A stretch of DNA of 64,000 bases. Origin: Acidimicrobiales bacterium (GTDB lineage Bacteria > Actinomycetota > Acidimicrobiia > Acidimicrobiales > Aldehydirespiratoraceae). The DNA lies in the NCBI GenBank assembly GCA_965214945.1, contig OZ244029.1, positions 1,356,868-1,420,867 on the forward strand, in the 5' to 3' direction. Below are positions 38,154 through 45,690 of the stretch, piece by piece; the first letter of the stretch is position 1, and each line of letters begins with the position of its first letter. The position numbers were made by a program, and so were the translations under genes. Below the pieces are notes generated by a model that was not told where the DNA came from, made no database searches, and saw only the letters and a list, made by a program, of their open reading frames with translations.

Positions 38154-38167
38154 GTCAATTATTTGAC
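38154..38167. promoter_or_regulatory. AT-rich inverted repeat GTCAA-N4-TTGAC upstream of the ABC operon (operator candidate)
   Basis: GTCAATTATTTGAC lies 27-40 nt upstream of the aapJ-like ATG (38127) and just upstream of its AGGAGA RBS on the minus strand. Confidence 0.3.
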
Positions 38168-38353
38168 AGGTTCTGGGCTGACCTCCGCCGGCGCTGGACG
38201 AGTCACAGTGAATCCCCCATAGCAGCGGCGGTCGTGATTGGCCGAAGGGCACACACTTGATGTTAGCCCGCGACAGCCCGATGGCGCGGCCTGGCCGACC
38301 CAAGGCGAGGGCAGGCAGGCTCGTCGACCGCCACCTGATGCCGCCAAAGCAGC

Positions 38354-40192
38354 TCAGAGATACTGGCCGGTCTGGACCCTTTCAATGGAGCGGCCGCCGG
38401 AGCTGGGGCGTTCGGAGTCCGACACGAGGGTCCGCACGAACACGATCCGCTCGCCCTTCTTCCCCGATATGCGTGCCCAGTCGTCGGGGTTGGTGGTGTT
38501 GGGCAGGTCTTCGTGCTCCTTGAACTCCTGGCGCACCGAGGCCAGAAGGTCTTCGGTGCGGATGCCGCGGCTGCCTTTGGCGATCTCGCGCTTGATCGCC
38601 AGCTTCTTAGAGCGACGAACCACGTTCTCGATCATCGCGCCTGAAGCGAAGTCCCTGAAGTACAGCACCTCCTTGTCGCCGTTGGCGTAGGTGACCTCTA
38701 GGAAGCGGTTCTCCTCCTCGGGCCGGTACATGTCGTCCACGGCCTGCTCAATCATCCCGCGCACCGCCTTGTCGGGGTCTCCGCCCCCGAGAGTGTCCAC
38801 GATGTCGGAGTCGATCGGCAGCGACGGCGTCAGATAGCGCGAGAAGATCGCCGCGGCTGCCTCCGCGTCGGGCCGCTGGATCTTGATCTTCACGTCGAGG
38901 CGCCCGGGGCGTAGGATGGCCGGGTCGATGAGATCCTCGCGGTTGGACGCGCCGATCACAATGACGTTGCGCAGCGCCTCCACTCCGTCGATCTCCGCTA
39001 AGAGCTGAGGGACGATCGTGGATTCGATGTCGGAGCTGATCCCGGAGCCGCGGGTGCGGAACAGCGACTCCATCTCGTCGAAGAACACGATCACCGGCCA
39101 TCCCTGCTCGCTCTTCTCGCGGGCGCGCTGAAAGACCAGCCGGATCTGGCGCTCGGTCTCTCCTACGTACTTGTTGAGCAGTTCCGGGCCCTTGATATTG
39201 AGGAAGCAGCTTCGCGCCTCGGCATCGCCGGACATCTCAGCGACCTTCATCGTGAGGCTGTTGGCCACGGCCTTGGCGATGAGAGTCTTGCCGCAGCCGG
39301 GAGGGCCGTACAGCAGCACGCCCTTGGGTGCCGGGAGGTCGTACTCGGAGAACAGCGCGTGATGCACGAACGGCAGCTCCACGGCGTCGGTGATGTGCTC
39401 GATCTGCAGGTCGAGCCCTCCGACGTCGTCGTAGGTGGCATCGGGCACCTCCTCGAGCACCAGGTCTTCCACCTCTGGGCGCGGCAAGCGCTCGAGCAAG
39501 AGCGCCGCTGAGGAGTCGACCAGCACAGTGTCGCCGCTTCGGATCGGCCCGGCGGCGACGGCCTCGCCCAACTCCACGACGCGCTCTTCATCGGCGCGGC
39601 CCACCACGACGGCGCGGCTGCCGTCCACGAGCAGCTCCTTCACGGTGGCCACCTCGCCGGTGCGGTCGGGCCGGCGGGCGAGGATCACGCTGAACGATTC
39701 GTTGAGCACCACTTCCTCGCCCACTGCCAATCTGTCTTCCACGTCGGGGTGGACCGCCACCCGCATCTTGCGGCCACTGGAGCGCACATCGACGGTGCCG
39801 TCGTCGTTGCGCCCCAGCACTGTGCCGTACCCGCTAGGAGGCTGCGTGAGCTTGTCCACCTCCGCCCGCAGCGCCAGTATCTGCTCCCGCGATTCCCGAA
39901 GCTTGGCGTCGAGCTTGCCGTTGTGCGTGGCAGCCCGCGAGAGCTGACTCTTGGCGTCGAGCAGCCGCTTCTCCAGCGTGCGCATCCGCTTGGGAGCGTC
40001 GCGGACACGCCGGCGCAGCGCGGTTAGCTCCTCGTGCTGGTCGGCAGCGAGCCTCTGCAGAGCTGCGATCTCGGAACGATCGTCGCGGTACGCCGGCAGG
40101 CGGTGGACTGGAGGCTTGCGCGCCCGGTCAGAGCTGCTGTCGCCGCCGTCGTCGGAGTCGGGGTATGGCCTTGGGTTGTCGATGTCGCTCAC
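38354..40192 (-). CDS. mpa: proteasome-associated AAA ATPase Mpa/ARC
   Basis: 612 aa. N-terminal coiled coil, Walker [16 protein letters not shown], Walker [11 protein letters not shown], and a C-terminal proteasome-docking ...TGQYL. Confidence 0.95.
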   Translation of the reverse strand: MSDIDNPRPYPDSDDGGDSSSDRARKPPVHRLPAYRDDRSEIAALQRLAADQHEELTALRRRVRDAPKRMRTLEKRLLDAKSQLSRAATHNGKLDAKLRESREQILALRAEVDKLTQPPSGYGTVLGRNDDGTVDVRSSGRKMRVAVHPDVEDRLAVGEEVVLNESFSVILARRPDRTGEVATVKELLVDGSRAVVVGRADEERVVELGEAVAAGPIRSGDTVLVDSSAALLLERLPRPEVEDLVLEEVPDATYDDVGGLDLQIEHITDAVELPFVHHALFSEYDLPAPKGVLLYGPPGCGKTLIAKAVANSLTMKVAEMSGDAEARSCFLNIKGPELLNKYVGETERQIRLVFQRAREKSEQGWPVIVFFDEMESLFRTRGSGISSDIESTIVPQLLAEIDGVEALRNVIVIGASNREDLIDPAILRPGRLDVKIKIQRPDAEAAAAIFSRYLTPSLPIDSDIVDTLGGGDPDKAVRGMIEQAVDDMYRPEEENRFLEVTYANGDKEVLYFRDFASGAMIENVVRRSKKLAIKREIAKGSRGIRTEDLLASVRQEFKEHEDLPNTTNPDDWARISGKKGERIVFVRTLVSDSERPSSGGRSIERVQTGQYL

Positions 40193-40255
40193 GTGTCACC
40201 TCGCGCCGTTGAGGAGACGCCTGCCCCCTCAACGGAACGCTGTCACACTAGATGA

Positions 40256-40341
40256 GGCTGCGGCGGTTCGCGCGCATGGAACGCCTGCGGCGACCGGCAA
40301 GCGCTGTCGCCGCAGCGGCGGGCTGCGGCGGTTCGCGCGCA
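40256..40341. repeat. 21-nt perfect direct repeats flanking a 10-bp-stem hairpin (mpa-ferredoxin intergenic)
   Basis: GGCTGCGGCGGTTCGCGCGCA at 40256-40276 and 40321-40341. Between them is CTGCGGCGAC-N11-GTCGCCGCAG (40285-40315). Confidence 0.8.
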
Positions 40342-40409
40342 CAGAAAGAGCGGCTGCGACCCTGGCGCCTGACGGCGACATCACAAGAAGCTACTGAGAA
40401 TCCGCTAGC

Positions 40410-40436
40410 GTGTCCCGGCGTGACACGCCGGGACAC
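40410..40436. promoter_or_regulatory. perfect 27-nt palindrome upstream of the ferredoxin gene (operator or RNA hairpin candidate)
   Basis: GTGTCCCGGCGTG-A-CACGCCGGGACAC lies about 95 nt upstream of ATG 40531. A TANNNT box TATGCT is at 40492-40497. Confidence 0.35.
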
Positions 40437-40530
40437 CGTGCGCTTGACGAGACGAAACCACGGAATCCGCTGTATCTGGTGTGGAGCTTGCTATGCTGAG
40501 GCAAACCCTAAAGGAGAGGTGGCCAACGCC

Positions 40531-40764
40531 ATGAAGGTCTGGATCGACCAAGACTTGTGCACGGGCGACGGTTTGTGTGAGGAGATCGCCCCTGACGTGT
40601 TCACGCTCCTTGACGATGGTCTGGCGTACGTCAGGGAGGGCGACAAGATCTTCTCCGACCCCGGCGGACCTGACGGGCTCGCAATGGTGCCTGAGGGTCA
40701 AGAGGAGGCGACGATCGAGTCGGCTGAGGAATGCCCCGGAGAGTGCATCTTCATCGAGATCTGA
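40531..40764 (+). CDS. single-cluster (3Fe-4S/4Fe-4S type) ferredoxin
   Basis: 77 aa with the CTGDGLC...CPGECI pattern (CxGxGxC...CP). RBS AAGGAG lies upstream of the ATG. Confidence 0.8.
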   Translation: MKVWIDQDLCTGDGLCEEIAPDVFTLLDDGLAYVREGDKIFSDPGGPDGLAMVPEGQEEATIESAEECPGECIFIEI

Positions 40765-40878
40765 TCATCGCTGATCATTGCGCCGGCCCGAGCTGCGGGG
40801 AGGCCTTGCACGTCGCCTGGTGAGCAGCGGCTGGTGCGCGGCGGCGTCGGCAAGCGCCTCAGTCTTGAGGGGGCCGGC

Positions 40879-41754
40879 TCAGCGGCAGCCGGGTTGCTCT
40901 GCGGGGGTTGAGAGATCGGCATCTGCTAGCAGTTCCTCGAGTTTTGAGGCCCGCGTAGCGTAGCCCACATCAGCATCGGGGTTGCGCGAAGCGCCCCACG
41001 CCACGCCCACCACCGCGGCGTGGCCTGACGCGACAGTCAGCAGCGCAGCGCCGGAGTGGCCCGATTCGATCCGCGCCGCCAGTAGCCACGACAGGCGCTC
41101 CACGCGCTCGCTACCGCCGACGATCTCGGTGCGAACCGTCACGGGCCGGTCGATTCGGAACGGCGACGGCGCAGGTGCCGCACCAGAGGATCGGTCGTTT
41201 TCCCAGCCAAGCACCGCGCCCACGGCTCCGTCGGGTGCTGTAGCTCGTAGCGGCAGCGGATTGAGGTCGGCGCCCTCAACGCGCAGCACAGCCAAGTCGC
41301 TCACAGTGTCGATTGCCACCAGCCGTCCACTCAGCTTGCGACCATCGGCGAGATGCACAGTGGGCTCGCTGAGACCGGCCACCACGTGGGCGCTAGTGGC
41401 CACAAGGTCTGCCTCATGCACCGCGAAGCCGCTGGCCTCGGTCGCGATGTTGCAAGCCATACCCGAGATCCGCACCGACGACGCGACGCCGGCAGCGAGT
41501 TCTGCGGTGCTCAGACCGTGGCCGTCGGGGGCCGGACCCGGGTCGGGTGGATCGCTCAGAGGCGGCCGCGTGGCGACCGCCGCCTCCGGTGCAGCGGCTT
41601 CGGCAGCCGATGGAGAAGCAGGCAGGCTCTCGTCAACGGCGGTGTGAGACGGCGTTTGCCGGGCATCCCACAAGACCGCCGCGGCGATTGCGGCAATCGC
41701 CGCGGCACCGAGCGCGATCACCGCGGACGGCCCCGGCCGCGGGGCCGAGATCAC
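40879..41754 (-). CDS. membrane-anchored trypsin-like (S1) serine protease
   Basis: N-terminal TM helix. Triad context TSAHVV (His), SDLAVLRV (Asp), ESGHSGAAL (Ser). The start overlaps the trmI stop. Confidence 0.8.
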   Translation of the reverse strand: MISAPRPGPSAVIALGAAAIAAIAAAVLWDARQTPSHTAVDESLPASPSAAEAAAPEAAVATRPPLSDPPDPGPAPDGHGLSTAELAAGVASSVRISGMACNIATEASGFAVHEADLVATSAHVVAGLSEPTVHLADGRKLSGRLVAIDTVSDLAVLRVEGADLNPLPLRATAPDGAVGAVLGWENDRSSGAAPAPSPFRIDRPVTVRTEIVGGSERVERLSWLLAARIESGHSGAALLTVASGHAAVVGVAWGASRNPDADVGYATRASKLEELLADADLSTPAEQPGCR

Positions 41755-42587
41755 GGCGCCAGAAGTCGGCTGGTTGTCAGAAACCCGGTGTGGGCCACCA
41801 TGCGATGGTCGGGTCGCACGGCCGCTCCGGCGACATGCCAGCTGCGCTGCATCACCTCGAAGGTTTCGTGCATGCCGAACGGCGAATCGTCAAGCGCCTG
41901 TCGGAGTCTCGACACCTGGATGATGCTGGGCGTGTAGGCGCACAGAATCCCTCCCAGCCGAAGCGAAGCAGCGGCTGGGGCCACCGCCTGCCACGGCTCC
42001 GGCAGATCGAGCATCACCCGGTCCAACCCGGTCTCGTCAATGCCGTCGTACACGTCACGCACCTCGGTGCGAAATCTCTGCAGGGCCTTCACGCCGCAGA
42101 AGCGCTCAACGTTGGAGCGAGCGAGTTCGCAGAAGTCCTCCCGGCGCTCGTAGCCGGTAACGACGGCGCCGGCACGAAGCAGCGACATCGACAGCGCGCC
42201 CGAGCCGACGCCGGCCTCCAGCACACGGGCGCCGCGGAAGATGTCGGCCCGCACCAGAATGGGGCCGATGTCCTTGGGGTAGATGACCTGAGCGCCGCGG
42301 GGCATCTTCAAGATCACGTCACTCAGAGTCGGGCGCACGGCCACGAACACGGCGCCCCTGGAGTTTCGCAACAGGGATCCCTCGTCGGCGCCGATGATGT
42401 CGTTGTGCGCCAGCACCCCCGAGTGAGTGTGGAACTCGCCGCCCGCTGCCAGGTCGAAGAGGTATCTGCGGTTCTTGCGGTCGACCAGCAGCACCGACTC
42501 GCCCGGGTGAAGCTGCCCTCCGGTGTGTTCGGACGGGTGTTCTCGGGGTGCGCCGCGGCCGGCCTCGGCGGATTCCGGCATGCTCAT
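41751..42587 (-). CDS. trmI: tRNA (adenine58-N1)-methyltransferase TrmI
   Basis: GAQVIYPKDIGPILVRADIFRGARVLEAGVGSGALSMSLLRA (SAM motif I), with the same position relative to mpa as Rv2118c in M. tuberculosis. Confidence 0.88.
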   Translation of the reverse strand: MSMPESAEAGRGAPREHPSEHTGGQLHPGESVLLVDRKNRRYLFDLAAGGEFHTHSGVLAHNDIIGADEGSLLRNSRGAVFVAVRPTLSDVILKMPRGAQVIYPKDIGPILVRADIFRGARVLEAGVGSGALSMSLLRAGAVVTGYERREDFCELARSNVERFCGVKALQRFRTEVRDVYDGIDETGLDRVMLDLPEPWQAVAPAAASLRLGGILCAYTPSIIQVSRLRQALDDSPFGMHETFEVMQRSWHVAGAAVRPDHRMVAHTGFLTTSRLLAP

Positions 42588-42622
42588 CGACCGATCAGGT
42601 CGAGCGTTGCCAACGCCCGGCC

Positions 42623-43612
42623 TCAGCGTCGGATGCCGCGCACGGGTCGGCGCTTGGGATCGGAGGCGCTTCTGCGGTCTGCGGGCGCCGAAGTGAACCG
42701 TACCGGTGCCGGGGCTGCCGCCCGCTCAGCCAGGCGGCAGAACGCGCAGACCCCGCCATTGGTGGGCGCGCCGCATGTCGAGCACGGCGACAGCGCAGCC
42801 CTGTCGAGTTCTGCCGAAGCCCGGAAGCGCTCAGAGGCCCGCGCCAGGAACCCGAAGTAGAAGTCGTACTTGGCGCCCGGAGAGCGCTCCTCGATGTCGT
42901 TGAGGGCCGCCTTGTAGGCCAGGTGCTTGTTGCCTGCGGCCATCGGGCACTCCTCGACTGCGTAGTCGATGCCGCGCACCACGCAATATGCCGCGGTCTC
43001 ACGTTCGGTGAGCCGCACCAGGGGCTTGACCTTGCGGCCGAAGCCGTCGCGGGCTTCCAGCACCGGCAGCTGCCGGCCGAGGTACTCGACCTGCCACCGG
43101 AGCGTGTTGCCGAGCAGGACGGCAGCCTCGTCGTCGAGGTTGTGTCCTGTGGCGAGGACGTCATAGCCGTCGGATCGGGCGGCCTTGTCGAAGAGATGGC
43201 GCTTGGAGAGCCCGCAGGCTGAGCACGGAGCGCGCCGGGCCGCGCGGGCGCCGCTGCCAATGTCGAAGCCGTGATCGCGCAGCAGGTCGCCGGTGAGAAG
43301 TTTTAGGCCCTGGCTTTCGGCGAAGCGCCGGGCGTAGCCAGCGCAGTCCGAACTGTAGGCCTCTATCCCCAAGTCGAGGTAGAAACCGTCGGCGGTGTAG
43401 CCGAGGTCAGTCAGGATGTCCCAGAGTGCCAGACTGTCCTTGCCACCAGACACGGCAACCAACACACGGTGGGATGTGTCGAACATCTCAAATCGCCTGA
43501 TGGCTTTGGCCACCTGGTCTCGGCACAGGCGCAAGAAGTGCTCCGCGCAGAAGTTGGCGTTGTGGCGGCGGATGTCGATCACCGCCGGGCCTCGGCACAC
43601 TCGGCACTTCAC
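42623..43612 (-). CDS. ttuA: TtuA/Ncs6-family PP-loop tRNA 2-thiolation protein
   Basis: N-terminal zinc finger CRVC...FCAEH, PP-loop VAVSGGKDS, Fe-S ligand candidates CSACG and ECP, GHNLDDE, and C-terminal zinc finger CSTCG...CAFC. Confidence 0.82.
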   Translation of the reverse strand: MKCRVCRGPAVIDIRRHNANFCAEHFLRLCRDQVAKAIRRFEMFDTSHRVLVAVSGGKDSLALWDILTDLGYTADGFYLDLGIEAYSSDCAGYARRFAESQGLKLLTGDLLRDHGFDIGSGARAARRAPCSACGLSKRHLFDKAARSDGYDVLATGHNLDDEAAVLLGNTLRWQVEYLGRQLPVLEARDGFGRKVKPLVRLTERETAAYCVVRGIDYAVEECPMAAGNKHLAYKAALNDIEERSPGAKYDFYFGFLARASERFRASAELDRAALSPCSTCGAPTNGGVCAFCRLAERAAAPAPVRFTSAPADRRSASDPKRRPVRGIRR

Positions 43613-43932
43613 AGCGTTCGCTCTGCGTTCGGATGCCCTGTATTCAGCTGCTCCACAGTCGGCGGCGCGGTGTTCGGCGACTTCTCGTTCGACAGCGCGA
43701 GAGGCTCGGACAGCGCCGGTCGGCTTGGTGGCCCGATCGCGCCGCCGGAGATGACGCTGCGGATCTCAACCTCGGCATCGGCGGCGAGTCGGCGGTCTCC
43801 GGGCACCAGCTCGCCGTCACAGATCACCAGATGCGATTCGCGGTTGAGCCCGAGACGCGTCAGCAAGGCTCGCACCGTCAGCGGCCCGTCGACTTCGGCG
43901 ACGCGTGTCGGGTTGCGCAGCGTGACCCTCAT
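43609..43932 (-). CDS. ThiS/TtuB-like beta-grasp sulfur-carrier protein with a 43-aa extension after Gly-Gly
   Basis: The first 64 aa [64 protein letters not shown] fit ThiS length and pattern. The frame continues to a TGA that overlaps the ttuA ATG (ATGA). Confidence 0.72.
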   Translation of the reverse strand: MRVTLRNPTRVAEVDGPLTVRALLTRLGLNRESHLVICDGELVPGDRRLAADAEVEIRSVISGGAIGPPSRPALSEPLALSNEKSPNTAPPTVEQLNTGHPNAERTL

Positions 43933-43999
43933 GGCCTCATTGTGTCCGACCCGTTGTGCTCGCCGCCCGTCGGCTCGCGCGCTCCTGGTGGCGCCGAGT

Positions 44000-44218
44000 T
44001 CAGCGGCGGTCGGGAGGCGCGCAACGGATCACCATCTGCGAGCCGGGATGAAGTCTTGTGCGCATGATCTCCGCGCGGTCGCCGCGACCCGCCAGTCTTC
44101 GCGCCATCCGGATCGCGCCGTCGGCGCAGAACACCGCGAACCAGAGCCGGGATCCGCCTAGCAGGCCGCGCCGCCAGGCCCGTCGCCGCAGCCACCGGCC
44201 TGCGCTACTTCGCAACAT
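44000..44218 (-). CDS. hypothetical small protein
   Basis: 72-aa ORF with about 80 percent G/C third positions, better than the competing frame 43929-44195. Arg-rich, with no recognisable motif. Confidence 0.3.
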   Translation of the reverse strand: MLRSSAGRWLRRRAWRRGLLGGSRLWFAVFCADGAIRMARRLAGRGDRAEIMRTRLHPGSQMVIRCAPPDRR

Positions 44219-44233
44219 TGACAGTCGTGGCCC

Positions 44234-44464
44234 TTAGCGCCGTCGGATTTCCACGATCGCAGAGCGCTTCCGGCCTGATCGGCGGCCCAGCAGGTAGGCC
44301 ACGCCCGTCAGCGCCGCCGTGATCCCCGCTGCGGCGTAGCCGATCTTCACCAGCAGAGGCGGCGCCTCGCGGTTGATATCACCCTGCAGGTCGCGCAATG
44401 CACTTTCGATCACGTCTCGCGTGATCGGCTTTGAGTGGCCACTCGGGCCGCTGTTATCGCCCAT
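44234..44464 (-). CDS. small hypothetical membrane protein (soluble N-terminus plus C-terminal TM helix)
   Basis: 76 aa, with IGYAAAGITAALTGVAYLLG as the TM helix. Its architecture is reminiscent of proteins that accompany actinobacterial holin-X-like genes. Confidence 0.5.
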   Translation of the reverse strand: MGDNSGPSGHSKPITRDVIESALRDLQGDINREAPPLLVKIGYAAAGITAALTGVAYLLGRRSGRKRSAIVEIRRR

Positions 44465-44559
44465 GGCAAGCTCCGCTCTTCGTCAGCTCAGGCCCTGGAG
44501 TTCTGCCTTTCAGCAGGCTCTGCCGGGCCTTCGCCCGGTCACGATGGAGGATCATCGCG

Positions 44560-44928
44560 TCACAGGCTGCGCTTGTTGATCTGCTGCACGAGAGCCGTAA
44601 TCAGCACCGCCAGCGCCGCGATCGAGATTACATAGGGGATCCACGACAGGTTGCCGGCGAACACCGTGCCCGTCTCGGTTTGTAGCGCCCTAAGTAGCGA
44701 CAGCAGCACCAAAAGCAGGCCTACGATCAACGCCATAGTGCCGGCGAGCCCCAGAGCGAGCCACCTGGGGATCTCGGTCAGCGGCTGCAGCAGCTCCTGG
44801 CGCGCGTAGTCCTTGATCAGGTTGAATACCTGCGTGGCATCCAGCTTGCGGGCCCGCTTCGCCGGGGTCTTGTGATGGTTGTTTCGAGGCACCTGCTGCG
44901 TCTTCCGGCGTCTTTCGGTCGCTGTCAC
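44560..44928 (-). CDS. holin-X-like (phage holin superfamily III-like) membrane protein
   Basis: 122 aa with a basic N-terminus and two TM helices (WLALGLAGTMALIVGLLLVLLSLL, WIPYVISIAALAVLITALV). The family assignment is from memory of the architecture only. Confidence 0.5.
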   Translation of the reverse strand: MTATERRRKTQQVPRNNHHKTPAKRARKLDATQVFNLIKDYARQELLQPLTEIPRWLALGLAGTMALIVGLLLVLLSLLRALQTETGTVFAGNLSWIPYVISIAALAVLITALVQQINKRSL

Positions 44929-45002
44929 GCTACCGCAGGCGTGGTTCGGAGCGAGCCGACAATCTCAAGCTGCTGCGCGGTTGGGATTGACCCGACAAAC
45001 GG

Positions 45003-45653
45003 TCACCGCCGGCGCATTTCGATGCGGGCTCGCAGCAGCTCTGCGGCCTGTGTGATCACCTGGTGTGTCACGGCGACGCGCTCGCCGACCCCAGGGGCGC
45101 ACAGCACGTCGAAGCGGTCGAGCGGCCCGAGCGGCGCGAGCGCGGCCGCCTTGTAACAGGCTGCAGACGGGTCGTCTCCGAGATCCGCAGGCGCTGTTGA
45201 GATCTCCGCTTCGGGATGGCCGGCTAGAAGGCACGCCAGACGCTTCGCGGCCGACACCAAGCCGGGAAGGTCCGACAACAACTCCGCGACGCGCTGGTCC
45301 GTATCTTCAGAACTCCCCTCGGGCTCGTCGGGCCAGTCCTCCACCTTCGCACGCGGGTACGGGTTGTCGGGCATCCAGCGCCTCACCCGGATGCGGCGCG
45401 TCCCGGCTGCCAGCAGCTGCAGCCGGTTCGGGGCGAAGGGCCGTGCATCGATCACTCGGGCCATTGCGCCCACATCACAGCGCACATCGCCACCTCCGAC
45501 CTCGGAGCCCCGCTCGATCATCACCACGCCCATCTCACGGTCGCCTGCCAGAACCTCCGGGATCATCTCCAGATACCGGGCCTCGAACACTTGCAGTAGC
45601 AGCGGAGCGCCTGGAAGCAGCACGGACGAGAGAGGGAACATCGGAGTGTGCAT
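45003..45653 (-). CDS. LON substrate-binding (Lon N-terminal) domain protein
   Basis: MFPLSSVLLPGAPLLLQVFEARYLEMI is typical of the Lon N domain. ATG 45653 is preceded by GGGAGGGGG, and the longer ORF would overlap the PBP4 gene. Confidence 0.83.
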   Translation of the reverse strand: MHTPMFPLSSVLLPGAPLLLQVFEARYLEMIPEVLAGDREMGVVMIERGSEVGGGDVRCDVGAMARVIDARPFAPNRLQLLAAGTRRIRVRRWMPDNPYPRAKVEDWPDEPEGSSEDTDQRVAELLSDLPGLVSAAKRLACLLAGHPEAEISTAPADLGDDPSAACYKAAALAPLGPLDRFDVLCAPGVGERVAVTHQVITQAAELLRARIEMRRR

Positions 45654-45690
45654 TTCCCCCTCCCGGTGGTGTGAAGGACTTTGGCCCTCG

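Noticed and set aside
43929-44195. 88-aa ORF whose stop overlaps the ThiS-like ATG (ATGA), suggesting a third coupled gene
   Set aside because: The product is Arg/Pro/Gly-rich with no motif, and its third-position G+C (about 69 percent) is no better than background. The alternative frame 44000-44218 scores higher. I left this uncalled.
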